Assembly (NCBI GenBank): GCA_963668425.1
Contig: OY764332.1
Coordinates: 105,241-169,240, forward strand
Source of the DNA: Minisyncoccota bacterium
Lineage (GTDB): Bacteria > Patescibacteriota > Minisyncoccia > Phycocordibacterales > JABAAK01
DNA length: 64,000 nt
Direction: 5' to 3'
The position numbers and the translations under genes were made by a program. The notes under the pieces were generated by a model that saw only the letters and a program-made list of their open reading frames with translations, was not told the DNA's origin and did not search any database. Shown here one piece after another: positions 1-10,241 of this stretch (positions are counted from its first letter, which is position 1; every line of letters starts with the position of its first letter).

Positions 1-632
1 CCGACAATAGAGGCGATCTCAACTTCCACAAACTCTCTCATTGTCTTAAATGAAGGGGTCTGTAACTCGCCCGGAGTAACGAGCGGGTTGTTTCCAATCG
101 TGAACCATTTCATGCCCCTCTTAATGGGGTATGCTTCTTCACGATCTTTGCAGCCCTCCACCGTGGCAATTCCCACTACCCGATGAATTGGCTCCTCTTC
201 AACCTTCTCGTCAAGGTCGACTGAGAAGAAGAGGGGGAAATTCCTTGACCCTCTTGCGGCGTCAAGTGTCGCTTGGGCTCCGCCCTCAACGCTAAAGCGG
301 GAGAGGGCGCTGACGAGATGTTTGTATTCCTCGTCATCTCCAACACGGAGAAACCCTTTTGCATCTTCAAAGGTCATGATCTGTTTCATATTCCGTTCAA
401 CCATGAGGCGGGATATGGAGAGATCAGGTTTGACCTCTTCGATTTCGGATTCGGAGGGCTCTAGATTTTCATCCAAGCCCTCATCCGAATCCTCTTCAAC
501 TTCAACCTTCTTGATAGCGTCAACGATTCTGTTGACGCCGGGAATGGAAACATGTTCCCCATTCCATGCTTTTAGCACGAATGAGGATGCTATCAACACC
601 AACCCGAGCAACACCAATCCTAATACTTTCAT
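1..632 (-). CDS. Hypothetical exported/membrane-anchored protein (3' end runs off the window)
   Basis: Open frame from ATG at 632 (MKVLGLVLLGLVLIASSFVLKAWNG...) to position 1 with no stop; hydrophobic N-terminus; GGGGGAGG 6 nt upstream of the ATG. Absent from the ORF track because it is truncated. Confidence 0.75.
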   Translation of the reverse strand, partial: MKVLGLVLLGLVLIASSFVLKAWNGEHVSIPGVNRIVDAIKKVEVEEDSDEGLDENLEPSESEIEEVKPDLSISRLMVERNMKQIMTFEDAKGFLRVGDDEEYKHLVSALSRFSVEGGAQATLDAARGSRNFPLFFSVDLDEKVEEEPIHRVVGIATVEGCKDREEAYPIKRGMKWFTIGNNPLVTPGELQTPSFKTMREFVEVEIASIV

Positions 633-934
633 TTTTTTCCTCCCCCGTATTGCGGGATTTTTCCCGCGTGGCGGGAGTTGTTTCTTTTGTGATCTAAATT
701 TTTTGTTTTGAATGAATTAGGTTACACACTCTGTGCAACCTATATAAAATAACGATATATATTACTTTATATAGGATGCTCAGAAAGCGATTTCTGTCTA
801 TAATATACCATTTTGAGTATATTTTGTCAACCCCTCTTGAATGTAGATGATGGTATCTTTTAGTAGTGTACCACATGTCTTGAAATGCTCACTATGTTTG
901 AAATACCCTTTTGTATTAGGGTTTTTAGGAGTAT

Positions 935-968
935 AAAAAAATGCCCCCTACTATAAAAGTAGGAGGGC
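935..968 (-). terminator. Intrinsic terminator after the 990-1853 gene
   Basis: Stem GCCCCCTACT/AGTAGGAGGGC; the A-run on + is a U-tract on -. Confidence 0.6.
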
Positions 969-989
969 TTGGTGTTCTTAAAGGATCAA

Positions 990-1853
990 TTATGCTTCAA
1001 CGGCTTCCGCAGTATCGGCAGTATCGGTATCGGCGTTTCGGTTCCGGTTTCGGTTCCGGTTTCGGTTTCTGCGCCGAGGCGTTGCCGCTGTTTCGGTTTC
1101 ACGAGCGCGTTTCTCACGAAGTGCTTCAGCCATGGCCTCTTTCTCTTCTGCAGCCGATGCCTTCTTGGCATCCCGCTTCTCTTTCCAGGACTTTGCCATG
1201 GAGAGAACTTTCCCGGACGCTATCCACAGCAGGATCACTATGCCGGCAAAGACGATTATGTCTGCCAAGTCCATCCCGCCATTTGTGGGTGGGAAGGCGT
1301 TTTTTTCCTCTTTCTCTACAACCTCAGTTTGACCGAGGAGAGAGAGGAGATAGGTGTTTGCCAATGCATACCCTTCGACCGATTGCAGGACTCGATCCAT
1401 CTTTGCCAGTGGCAAATTTGGATCTGTCGCCGCGACAGTCAGTGCCTGGGCGGTTCGATTGTTTTCGCTTATGGCGCTCTCTATTGCCTTGCGGTCTCCA
1501 GATTGCAGGTCTTTGTATCGATCTGCAATCGCCTTCTGTCCATTCCCATAAACTAAGCCGAGGGTGATCTGACGCTTAACTATTGGATCGTTAATTGCGT
1601 TGATGATCTCCGCGGCATTTTCTGTTTCACCTTCAACGACCACTGTGGAACCCTCTTCAGCGTTAAACTTTGAAGAGTATTCTATAGTGACGTCATTTAC
1701 GCCATTCGCCTCATTTGCGGAGGCAGGCGTCTCGTGTGTGGCAACTTCTGGTGTCGTTGCTGTTGTGCCGAAGGACACACCGTCAATGGCCACTGCTGAA
1801 AGGGTGAGAACCATAATCAAAAAAGCTGCTGTCGTACTAATCTTTAAAAACAT
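990..1853 (-). CDS. Hypothetical single-pass membrane protein with signal peptide and low-complexity (RN)n tail
   Basis: MFLKISTTAAFLIMVLTLSAVA signal, C-terminal TM (IIVFAGIVILLWIA), then a charged tail with RNRNRNRNRN. Confidence 0.75.
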   Translation of the reverse strand: MFLKISTTAAFLIMVLTLSAVAIDGVSFGTTATTPEVATHETPASANEANGVNDVTIEYSSKFNAEEGSTVVVEGETENAAEIINAINDPIVKRQITLGLVYGNGQKAIADRYKDLQSGDRKAIESAISENNRTAQALTVAATDPNLPLAKMDRVLQSVEGYALANTYLLSLLGQTEVVEKEEKNAFPPTNGGMDLADIIVFAGIVILLWIASGKVLSMAKSWKEKRDAKKASAAEEKEAMAEALREKRARETETAATPRRRNRNRNRNRNRNADTDTADTAEAVEA

Positions 1854-2082
1854 TTTCAAATTTCCTTTTTTTCTATGACCAACCAATGATTATAATACTC
1901 AAAAAAAATGATTTGTCAACCCATGACCTTGTCCCGTGCAATATACCACTGCTTAACACGCTGTATGGATTCATTCTTACGAGAACATATAGCACACGCC
2001 CCCTTGTCTTGTAATAAAAAAATCACCCCGAGAAAAGAAAACATAGAAACTATGTATTTTCTCAGGGCAATTGGATGGAACT

Positions 2083-2571
2083 CTACTCAACATTCAGTCC
2101 GGGCTTAGTTGCCCCAATGACCGTGGAGCCCCCCTTGAATTGGTGATTAAAGGTCGCCTTGACCTTCATATCAGTTTCTCGATCTGTGTTAGCAAGGCCG
2201 ACTAATGCTTCTTTTCCGACCCTGAATCCATGTTTCGGGGCGCCAACAACTTTGGCTCCCCCTTTTGCGTCAAATGTCTCGTTTCCACGAATGACTAGCC
2301 GCACAGGGCGACGGGTATTCCCGTTGATTTCCCCGACTTGTGGGGCACGTGCTTTTTGCACTCCGATGGCGGTTGCCGCCTTCACCTGGACGTCTTGCTT
2401 CACGATCACTTTCAGATCAAGCTCAAGGTCTTGAGGTGTTGCAACAGCTGTAACCTCGGACGGAGTGGTTTCAACCGGGACCTCTATTACTTCAGGGGTG
2501 ACAGTTCCACAACCGGCCACAAGTGCCACTGTTATCGCCAGTGCGAACGCGATCATTAAATTTCTCATCAT
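2083..2571 (-). CDS. Hypothetical lipoprotein
   Basis: Lipobox LVAGC after a hydrophobic stretch; AAGGAG upstream. Confidence 0.75.
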   Translation of the reverse strand: MMRNLMIAFALAITVALVAGCGTVTPEVIEVPVETTPSEVTAVATPQDLELDLKVIVKQDVQVKAATAIGVQKARAPQVGEINGNTRRPVRLVIRGNETFDAKGGAKVVGAPKHGFRVGKEALVGLANTDRETDMKVKATFNHQFKGGSTVIGATKPGLNVE

Positions 2572-2669
2572 CTTCTCCTTTGCCCGCAGTAACGCAGGCA
2601 AACTGTGAGTGAATTTCTTGTTTCAAAAGGACAAACTTGGGAAAAGTATACCAAAAAAAAGTGGTCATG

Positions 2670-2969
2670 TCAACTGCACGTGGTTTCCATGAGGTGCTGT
2701 AAGGAAACTTGGATGTCTGATTCTGCCAATCTGCCGACAAAGCTGATAATTGTCCAGACAGAGGTGATGATGAAAATGCCTACAATACTCCAGCCGAGTT
2801 TGGCAAAAAGGTCTTTTCTTTCTGTTGATTCTGCACCGGCAATGAGCTTTATACTGATAATAATGAAAAATAGGATGGCAATGAAAAGCATTCCTGCCAT
2901 TAAAGGGTTTACAATGTGGTCAAATAGGTTGTCGGCTATGTTCTTTGCTGAGAGGGCGTATGTGAGCAT
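2670..2969 (-). CDS. TrbC/VirB2-like (CPR-type) pilin
   Basis: Two TM helices joined by a charged loop ending LGWSIVGIFIITSVWTII, typical of CPR pilin-like proteins. Confidence 0.65.
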   Translation of the reverse strand: MLTYALSAKNIADNLFDHIVNPLMAGMLFIAILFFIIISIKLIAGAESTERKDLFAKLGWSIVGIFIITSVWTIISFVGRLAESDIQVSLQHLMETTCS

Positions 2970-2999
2970 ACAGGTTTAGTATACAAGGTTTATTAGGTT

Positions 3000-3359
3000 T
3001 TAGAGCGATTCTACTTTTCGGAATTCTATATTTGGATCGGGCTGTGATGACCCCCCTGTTCCTAACACTGCAGTTTGTAGAAAATACACTAATCCCCACA
3101 TGCTTACTAATACAAAAATACCTATAATGCCCCATAGTATTCGCTTTTTTGCATCTTCCGATGTGGCATTATCCTTGCGAATATAGTCCACTAGTCCCCA
3201 GAAAAAATAAAGGAAAATCAAGGTAACAGCTACGATAATGAGTGCTCTTATTGCCATAGAAAAATCATCAAATAGGAATAGTATTCTATCTATCTCTTGC
3301 AGGGCAGGACCTTTATCTCCTGTGTCTGCAAAAACCATTCCATGCGAGAGTGTCAGCAT
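3000..3359 (-). CDS. TrbC/VirB2-like (CPR-type) pilin
   Basis: FFWGLVDYI...AKKRILWGIIGIFVLVSMWGLV motif. Confidence 0.75.
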   Translation of the reverse strand: MLTLSHGMVFADTGDKGPALQEIDRILFLFDDFSMAIRALIIVAVTLIFLYFFWGLVDYIRKDNATSEDAKKRILWGIIGIFVLVSMWGLVYFLQTAVLGTGGSSQPDPNIEFRKVESL

Positions 3360-3361
3360 AT

Positions 3362-4138
3362 TTAGTTACCTGTATACACTTGGATTCCTCTGTTTACATT
3401 TTTAGATATTCTTCTACAATTTGTTGTAAGATGATGGCATTGCTTTGGATCTACACATTCTGTTATTCCCTTTCTTCCACTTTTTGTATAGCAGGGTTTT
3501 TCTGCAGCACCAGCCCCAGGGATAAGCCCTGTGGTGTCCTGACCTGCAGCACTTAGTGCGTTTATATCCTGCTGTGTAATAGTATAGTTATATACGGTAG
3601 TATCACCTTCACTGAAATTTACTGTAGGCAAGGTCAGATCGTCAACCACTTCCCCTGCATTAATTCCTAATACTCCACGCACAAATCCGATGATACCCCA
3701 TAAGGTTACAATCACAAAAATCGCTGCTAATGAGTAGCCCATCCTTGTTTTTGCTGCCTCTTTGTCCTCTTCATCTCTAATGTATTTTACCAAGTTCCAG
3801 AAGAAGTAAAAGAATGCGGCGGTTACCACAATACCTACCATTGTTTGTAAGAGTACTGCAAACACGTTTGCCCCTTCGTAGAAGTTGCCTATTGCGTATG
3901 CAATGGTTCCGCCACATATAGGTGCACCTCCTCCTGTTGGGTGTGTATGTGAGTCAGCGTTTGTGCAGTGTTCTATTGGAAGATTATTAACAAGGTAGGG
4001 ATCGGCATATGCTGTGTGTTGCGAGAGAGTAAAAAGGAATACTATACTCGTAATGATCGCTACAATGAAAAAGATCTTGCTTATTGTTTGATTGTTGTGT
4101 ATGCTATTCATATGTAGTAAGTATATCCTGTTTTCCAT
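3362..4138 (-). CDS. TrbC/VirB2-like pilin with Cys-rich extensions
   Basis: Signal peptide (..TAYA), FFWNLVKYI...AKTRMGYSLAAIFVIVTLWGII core, Cys-rich C-terminus. Confidence 0.7.
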   Translation of the reverse strand: MENRIYLLHMNSIHNNQTISKIFFIVAIITSIVFLFTLSQHTAYADPYLVNNLPIEHCTNADSHTHPTGGGAPICGGTIAYAIGNFYEGANVFAVLLQTMVGIVVTAAFFYFFWNLVKYIRDEEDKEAAKTRMGYSLAAIFVIVTLWGIIGFVRGVLGINAGEVVDDLTLPTVNFSEGDTTVYNYTITQQDINALSAAGQDTTGLIPGAGAAEKPCYTKSGRKGITECVDPKQCHHLTTNCRRISKNVNRGIQVYTGN

Positions 4139-4251
4139 GTATTAAAGATAGTATGTGGATAAAAAATGGAGTCACTTTCTCAATAAAATCTTGTTTTTTC
4201 TGCCTTGTGCTTTACAAATAATCTTGCCGGCAATGTAGTTATATCACAGGG

Positions 4252-4280
4252 TTGACAAAAATAATGGCAAGTGCTATAGT
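4252..4280 (+). promoter_or_regulatory. sigma70 promoter
   Basis: TTGACA-17 nt-TATAGT with extended -10 TG. Confidence 0.8.
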
Positions 4281-4287
4281 GCTATCA

Positions 4288-4678
4288 GTGGTCGGGAAGC
4301 GTGGAGAAATCCCGCGTACCGGGACCCTGCTCTTTGATCACAGGAATTAATTGTGTTGAGGTGTTTAGTAACGTTCGTTGAAGGTCAGAGTAAGCGTGTG
4401 CCTTGGTTGGTTGCGCTGAAGATCTCCGAACTGTGAAAGACCATACCTCCTATTTTACTTCCTAGGCCATGGGTGGTCAGCGAATATAGTGCTTCTGGCT
4501 CATTCGCTCCCCTGGTTGAATTCTTACTTTCTAAAATTGCTCCCACTGTGTTTAAGGAAGGACGCGACCAACGTCACTGACCTTGCACTTTTAACCGACC
4601 AACCATCGTGTGGTTGAGCAGTGAGTGATACTAAGTAGACCCATTATGCCCAGACAATCGCGTCTGGGCATATTCTTT
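4288..4678 (+). ncRNA. Putative ~390-nt structured non-coding RNA, family unknown
   Basis: Lies between a near-consensus promoter and a terminator with no ORF >=60 aa on +. Nested long-range helices: 4327-4332/4616-4621, 4381-4388/4577-4584, 4406-4415/4563-4572, 4439-4443/4474-4478, 4479-4485/4502-4508. 5' GAAA-tetraloop hairpin. Confidence 0.65.
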
Positions 4679-4679
4679 T
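4645..4679 (+). terminator. Intrinsic terminator
   Basis: Perfect 11-bp stem TATGCCCAGAC/GTCTGGGCATA followed by TTCTTTT. Confidence 0.75.
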
Positions 4680-4809
4680 ATGTCTATATACTATGCACAC
4701 ATTGACATTGTGTGCGTTTTTTATTGACATACCACTTGTTCTTGCTTTATCATATAGGTATATGGTGTGGGGTTTGAATTCAAGTAACTTGTAAGCAGGA
4801 GGTGTACTA

Positions 4810-5367
4810 GTGAAACGGTTTGTTGTATTTTTTTTATTTTGCGTTGCTAGTTGTGTGTTGTTGCTGTATGGGTGTGGCAGTACGACACGCAGTGTCGGAG
4901 GTGGCTTATTGTTCAGCAACACACGTCGCTCAATTACGGCCATCGTTGTACATCACACTGCTGGCACGGCGAGCAATGATATACAGCAGGTTGCATCAGA
5001 GATTTCCCGGTTGCATAAACGGAAGTTTCGTAAGATGCGTAAGAGTGTTGGGTTGCATGTTGCTTACCACTACCTGATTACGCCAAATGGAAAGGTGTGG
5101 AAAGTGCGCGATCCGGATGATGTCGGCTATCACGCTGGCAACTGGAGTATCAATAAGCGATCTGTTGCTGTTTGCGTGGTTGGTGATTTTTCAAAGTATC
5201 ACCCGACCCGTGCGCAGGTACGATCTCTTGACACGCTGGTCAAAAAGATGCAGAGAGAGCGACAGATCAAGAATGTAATTCCACATTCTTATTGCAGAGC
5301 AACGCTCTGTTGTGGCGAATACCTGAAGCGAGAAGTTCGTAATCTCTCGTGGGGGAGATATTTTTAA
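4810..5367 (+). CDS. N-acetylmuramoyl-L-alanine amidase (Amidase_2/PGRP-like), lipoprotein
   Basis: IVVHHTA, AYHYLI, GYHAG, N..SVAVCVVGDF and IPH...CCG motifs; LLYGC lipobox; AGGAGGTG SD before the GTG start. Confidence 0.9.
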   Translation: MKRFVVFFLFCVASCVLLLYGCGSTTRSVGGGLLFSNTRRSITAIVVHHTAGTASNDIQQVASEISRLHKRKFRKMRKSVGLHVAYHYLITPNGKVWKVRDPDDVGYHAGNWSINKRSVAVCVVGDFSKYHPTRAQVRSLDTLVKKMQRERQIKNVIPHSYCRATLCCGEYLKREVRNLSWGRYF

Positions 5368-5389
5368 CAACTATGATCTTTACTATTTG

Positions 5390-5427
5390 AATACCTAACA
5401 CACACTGTTGTGTTAGGTATTTTTTTT
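5390..5427. terminator. Terminator between convergent genes
   Basis: 12-bp stem AATACCTAACAC/GTGTTAGGTATT plus T-run. Confidence 0.75.
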
Positions 5428-5773
5428 ATCCGGTAAATATAGTACGCAGAAGATATACAAATCCCCAGAGGGAGAAGACAGCGAAGAGTGTGAGGATGCC
5501 GTAAAGGAGACGTTTCTTGGCGAGGTCTGCCATGTTGCTGTCGCCTTTACTTGCCCCGCGCATGTAGAGAACAATACCGTATATAAACATGAAGAGGAGA
5601 ATAGTTACTGCAAGCGGTATAAGCACTCCGCCAAGCGCTTGAATGACAAGATCTACTATGCCCTTGAGTGAGAGATTCTCCCAAGTTGGTTGGGCGTACA
5701 CGTTGCCTACGCTTGTTGCCATAATGCAGAGCAAGGGTATTGTTATTATTTTTATATATACACTCCTTTTCAT
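5426..5773 (-). CDS. TrbC/VirB2-like pilin
   Basis: Signal ..VYA; FIYGIVLYM...AKKRLLYGILTLFAVFSLWGFV. Confidence 0.75.
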   Translation of the reverse strand: MKRSVYIKIITIPLLCIMATSVGNVYAQPTWENLSLKGIVDLVIQALGGVLIPLAVTILLFMFIYGIVLYMRGASKGDSNMADLAKKRLLYGILTLFAVFSLWGFVYLLRTIFTG

Positions 5774-6162
5774 ACTTCTCCTTCTTCCTGACCTCCAATA
5801 ACCTCCACCTTATACTCATCGTCCAGCACATCGTTGAGTGTATTTTGAATTACAAAGAGAATGCCACGCGCGCCGAGAACGAGAAACAAGCCAACCAAAG
5901 ACCACGCAAAAGCATCTTTCCACTTCGTATAATCAGCATTTTTTTCTTTGCCGGCAAGCACCATACGGAAACCAATGTAGGCAATGCCGAGTACAATAAT
6001 AGGCATTAAGATAATAGTAATACCCTCTGTCAGTGCCAGTATGAGTTCGCCGAGTGTATCATATTCCAATGGGTTACAAAAAATAACATCGGGGTCACAA
6101 TCCGCATATGCAAGGGTTGGAACAAATAGTGCAACTGCTGACAGTATAATGGCGTGTACCAT
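5770..6162 (-). CDS. TrbC/VirB2-like pilin
   Basis: Signal ..LAYA, NPL motif, IAYIGFRMV...W..AFAWSLVGLFLVLGA. Confidence 0.75.
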   Translation of the reverse strand: MVHAIILSAVALFVPTLAYADCDPDVIFCNPLEYDTLGELILALTEGITIILMPIIVLGIAYIGFRMVLAGKEKNADYTKWKDAFAWSLVGLFLVLGARGILFVIQNTLNDVLDDEYKVEVIGGQEEGEV

Positions 6163-6223
6163 ATTAGTTGCAGTATACCATCGTTGTTTTTGCTGTTGCT
6201 TATTTGGTGGTGGGTAGGGCTAT

Positions 6224-7564
6224 CTACTCAAACAGTGTTTCAATAACTCTTGCCTCTTGCTTTGCTGTGCGGATACCGATGATGACATTCTTTAGTGCAT
6301 TGAGCGTACCTGATATCATGCCTTGAGAGAGTGGTATACTTCTGCTACTAAAGAGCGTGTCAATGAATACTTGATCAGACGTGGTAGTGGCATTGAAAAA
6401 TGCTTCTATTTTTCTTGCTTCTTCGTCTGTACTGGTGAGTGCCAATCTTGATGCGCGATCAAAATTGTTAATTGGCACTGGTAATGAGGTTGCTTGAAAT
6501 ATTTCTGTCGGAAACCGTTGTATTGTTGTTGCCACATCAAATACAACCTGATGTGCGGGTCCCAGATGCCTGTTTTTTTTCGGAATAGCAAGAGCGTATA
6601 GTTTTGTCGGCACTACTGCTACACTGTTGGTAGCAAGTTGTGGCAATGGGGCAACCTGTATCACAATATTTGGATTCGCTCGTTGCAGGTCTTGATATTC
6701 GCTAATAAATCCCGGGTAAAATAAGAGTTGATTTCCAACAAACATGCTTCGCGCATTTAGAAATGTTTCACCCCATGTCTGTATAGGTGAGCGCAGTGCG
6801 ACAAATCTTGTATAAAATGTGATAAGGTCTTCTGTTGAGGGTGAGGCAGTGCCAAACTCCCGTGCCTGTAATATAAGTGTTGCAAAGAGATGTGGTGCAT
6901 TGGCATAGTTACCGTAGGCACCGAGTGGTATTATTGCCTTGTCAGTTTTCCTGTATGCCTCAGCAATCTCCTGATATTCTTTTTCAGTAAAATCTTCCCA
7001 TACTTTCGGCAGTTGGCGTAGATTACTTTGGCGGCGCAGGCCTTCGTTGTAATACAGCACTAAACTGTCCGCCACTACCGGCAGGGCAATATAGCCACCT
7101 GGACGTAAGAATATATTTGCTGGTGGGATGAATAGGTTCTGATACCCTGCAACAGTGGTTAATGGATGGTGCCCAAACGGGATGGTTTTTAATGCCGTAT
7201 GCTCAAACGCAAGTACCTCAGCCGACTCCAGCAGTAGCATATCTGGAGATCGTTCATCATATGCAACCGCTCGTACATACTCACTTTCTATGGCATTGGC
7301 ACTCTTTTTTACATACTGCACTGTATCATATCCCTTAGCCACACCACCCTGCGCCCTTCCAAGTATGGTATTTGCTACGCCGGCATCCAGTGTTCCCCAT
7401 ACAATAATTTCAATATGCTCCCGATTTTGTGCCGATCCTGATTCTGAAGATGTTGCTTGCTCGTTTTTTTGCAGGAGACCATACAACGCCAAACTACCGA
7501 AGCCGACAAGGACAAAAAAGCCGAATACAACATAGGTAACGATTTGAAAATTTTGTTTGTTCAT
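6224..7564 (-). CDS. Extracellular solute-binding protein (family 1-like)
   Basis: N-terminal TM, IVWG, PD.LL, ALP...DSLVLYYN and VAPLPQ motifs. Confidence 0.7.
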   Translation of the reverse strand: MNKQNFQIVTYVVFGFFVLVGFGSLALYGLLQKNEQATSSESGSAQNREHIEIIVWGTLDAGVANTILGRAQGGVAKGYDTVQYVKKSANAIESEYVRAVAYDERSPDMLLLESAEVLAFEHTALKTIPFGHHPLTTVAGYQNLFIPPANIFLRPGGYIALPVVADSLVLYYNEGLRRQSNLRQLPKVWEDFTEKEYQEIAEAYRKTDKAIIPLGAYGNYANAPHLFATLILQAREFGTASPSTEDLITFYTRFVALRSPIQTWGETFLNARSMFVGNQLLFYPGFISEYQDLQRANPNIVIQVAPLPQLATNSVAVVPTKLYALAIPKKNRHLGPAHQVVFDVATTIQRFPTEIFQATSLPVPINNFDRASRLALTSTDEEARKIEAFFNATTTSDQVFIDTLFSSRSIPLSQGMISGTLNALKNVIIGIRTAKQEARVIETLFE

Positions 7565-7578
7565 ACCCTGACTAACAG

Positions 7579-10026
7579 TTACTGCACCATAGTGCTTGCA
7601 GTCAGTATATCATCTCCTTTCAGTTTCATAACCCGCACCCCCTGTGTTTGTCGTCCACGTTCAGGTATTTCACTTGTTGCCATCCGTACTATTTGTCCTT
7701 TCTTAGACATTGTAATTAATTCATCATCTGATTTTTCAAGCAGTATGTGAATGCCGACAACCTTTCCGGTTTTTGTTGTCACTTCAGCGGCCTTGATACC
7801 GCCACCGCCGCGTTTCTGTATCTTGAATAATGAAACCTTTGTCTGTTTGCCATATCCTTTCTCAGCGATAGTTAATAGACGACTTTTTGCTTTTGCATCT
7901 TCCTGTATTACTAGCGCGCCGATAACGCTGTCTTCTTTTCCGAGCCGTATTCCACGGACACCTTTTGCAGAGCGACCGGATGCTCGCACTTCTTTTGCCG
8001 TGAAGCGAATTGCCTTACCGCCCCGACTTACCAGAATGATTGTGTCTTCGTTCGCGCAGAACATCGTATTCACTAACTGGTCTCCCCGATCAAGCGAAAC
8101 GGCTATGATTCCGCTCTTACGGATATTCTCAAACTGGTCTATCGTAACTTTTTTAATTGTCCCGTTTTGTGTTACAAAGAAAAGATATGCATTTTTCTTT
8201 GTGTCTTGTGATACTGGTATTATGGATGTTACTCGTTCATCCGCGTCTATTGAGATAAAGTTGACCAGCGCACGCCCTTTGCTGGTTCGTTTTGCTTCAG
8301 GTATCTCGTATGCTTTTAGTTGATACACTTTACCCTTGTCAGTGAAAAAGTAGAGTGTGTCGTGTGAACTTGCGCTGATAGAGATAGTGGTAAAATCCTC
8401 TTCTTTCAATTCTGCCCCTTTGGTGCCGATGCCGCCGCGTCGTTGCTGTTTGTATTCATCATTGGTAGTGCGCTTGATGTATCCGCCCCCGGTAATCATA
8501 ATGATGCACTGTTTTTCAGGGATAAGATCTTCATCGGCTACTGCGTTATGTGCCTGACTTACTATCTTAGTACGACGGTCATCTCCAAACAGATCCCGTG
8601 CTTCCTGTATCCCTTTTCCTACCTCTTCATCAACTTTTTTCTTGCTTTGTAAAATATCTTCTAACCGCTTAATGGTTTTCTTCAAATTCTCCAATTCATC
8701 TTCCACTTTTTTTCGTTCCAGTCCCGCGAGTTTTTGTAATCGCATTTCTAAAATGGCATTTGCCTGCACTTCGGAGAATGTGAATGTTTTCATCAGTGCT
8801 TTTCGCGCATCAGACACTGCCTGTGATTTTCTGATGAGTGCAATAATCTTATCTATATGATCCAGTGCTTTTTTTAATCCTTCTACAATATGCGCCCGCT
8901 CTTTTGCCCGCGTTAAATCAAATTTGACTGCCCGTTCAACAATTATTCGCCGATGATCTATGTATGCCTGTAGCAGTTGATGCAGGGTTAGCGTTTGTGG
9001 TATACCGTTGAGCAGTCCGACGACGTTGTAGTGATACGTTTCCTGCAGTTGCGTGTGCTTGTAGAGCGCGTTTTGTAGTCGATGAGGTTGCGCGTTTGCT
9101 TTTAATTCAATGACAATGCGTATATCGTCTGTTGATTCATCACGAAGATCCTTGATACCTTCTATTTTTTTATTACGTACCAACTCTCCTATTTTTTCAA
9201 TCATTCGCGCTTTGTTTACTCGGTACGGAATGGAACTAATAACTAAACTGACACCTTTTTTATCTTCTACAATCTCAACTTCACCTCGCACCAAAACACC
9301 GCCCCGCCCAGTTGCATATGCCTGTGCTATGGCTTTTTTATCATATGCAATCGCACCCATTGGAAAATCAGGTCCTTTGATGTGCTCTAACAGGTCTTCC
9401 GTAGTGGCATCAGGATCTTTGATCAGGTGTGTCAGTGCATCGCACACCTCCCGCAAATTGTGTGGCGGAATATCTGTTGCCATACCAACTGCAATGCCGA
9501 GTGTTCCGTTGGCTAATAAATTTGGCACTTTTGCTGGCAGTACCTTCGGCTCTTCAATAGTGTTTTCATAATTTGGTACGAAATCTACTGTTTTCTTTTC
9601 AATATCTTCCATCATCTTTTCTGCATACGCAGACATCTTTGCTTCAGTGTATCGTTCTGCCGCAGGTGGATCGCCATCTATAGAACCAAAGTTTCCCTGT
9701 CCAGTTACCAAAGGATACCGCGTAACAAAGTTCTGGGTCATTTTTGCCATCGCCTCATATACCGCCAAATTGCCGTGTGGATGATACTTACCAAGTGTTT
9801 CACCAACCACGGTTGCAGATTTACGGGTCTTTGTGGAATGTCGCAATCCCATGCCAAACATCGCATAGAGAATACGTCGTTGCACTGGTTTCAAGCCGTC
9901 CTGAACATCAGGCAATGCTCGTGCGGTAATAACAGACATTGCATAGTCCAGATACGCACTACGCATCTCTTCGGTGATATCTTTACTAAAAATCTTTGCA
10001 CCCTGATTTGCCGTGTCTTCTGCCAT
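7579..10026 (-). CDS. gyrA: DNA gyrase subunit A
   Basis: [23 protein letters not shown] catalytic Tyr, GyrA-box QRRGGIG, beta-pinwheel repeats. Confidence 0.98.
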   Translation of the reverse strand: MAEDTANQGAKIFSKDITEEMRSAYLDYAMSVITARALPDVQDGLKPVQRRILYAMFGMGLRHSTKTRKSATVVGETLGKYHPHGNLAVYEAMAKMTQNFVTRYPLVTGQGNFGSIDGDPPAAERYTEAKMSAYAEKMMEDIEKKTVDFVPNYENTIEEPKVLPAKVPNLLANGTLGIAVGMATDIPPHNLREVCDALTHLIKDPDATTEDLLEHIKGPDFPMGAIAYDKKAIAQAYATGRGGVLVRGEVEIVEDKKGVSLVISSIPYRVNKARMIEKIGELVRNKKIEGIKDLRDESTDDIRIVIELKANAQPHRLQNALYKHTQLQETYHYNVVGLLNGIPQTLTLHQLLQAYIDHRRIIVERAVKFDLTRAKERAHIVEGLKKALDHIDKIIALIRKSQAVSDARKALMKTFTFSEVQANAILEMRLQKLAGLERKKVEDELENLKKTIKRLEDILQSKKKVDEEVGKGIQEARDLFGDDRRTKIVSQAHNAVADEDLIPEKQCIIMITGGGYIKRTTNDEYKQQRRGGIGTKGAELKEEDFTTISISASSHDTLYFFTDKGKVYQLKAYEIPEAKRTSKGRALVNFISIDADERVTSIIPVSQDTKKNAYLFFVTQNGTIKKVTIDQFENIRKSGIIAVSLDRGDQLVNTMFCANEDTIILVSRGGKAIRFTAKEVRASGRSAKGVRGIRLGKEDSVIGALVIQEDAKAKSRLLTIAEKGYGKQTKVSLFKIQKRGGGGIKAAEVTTKTGKVVGIHILLEKSDDELITMSKKGQIVRMATSEIPERGRQTQGVRVMKLKGDDILTASTMVQ

Positions 10027-10241
10027 ACTTTCTTTGTTTTAGTATAACACATTACCCATCATTGCTTATGGTGTCTGGTTGGTTATTTCTTTCAAACAGA
10101 AAGGCAGGTTTGTATAAAAAGAGTGCGATTGGTATCCATACTACACAGATTACAATACATGCAATCATCGCACGCCGCTTCTTTTTTTCGCTCTGCTCTT
10201 TTTGTCGTTGTAGAAACTCCTCAGGATGCATAGGTCTTTAC

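Noticed and set aside
4288-4678. RNase P RNA, tmRNA, SRP RNA or cobalamin riboswitch identity for the large RNA
   Set aside because: The size fits some of these, but hallmark motifs (GAGGAAAGUCC/ACAGAA; tRNA-like ends and tag ORF; helix-8 motif; B12 box) are absent on both strands by eye. It is left unassigned pending Rfam.
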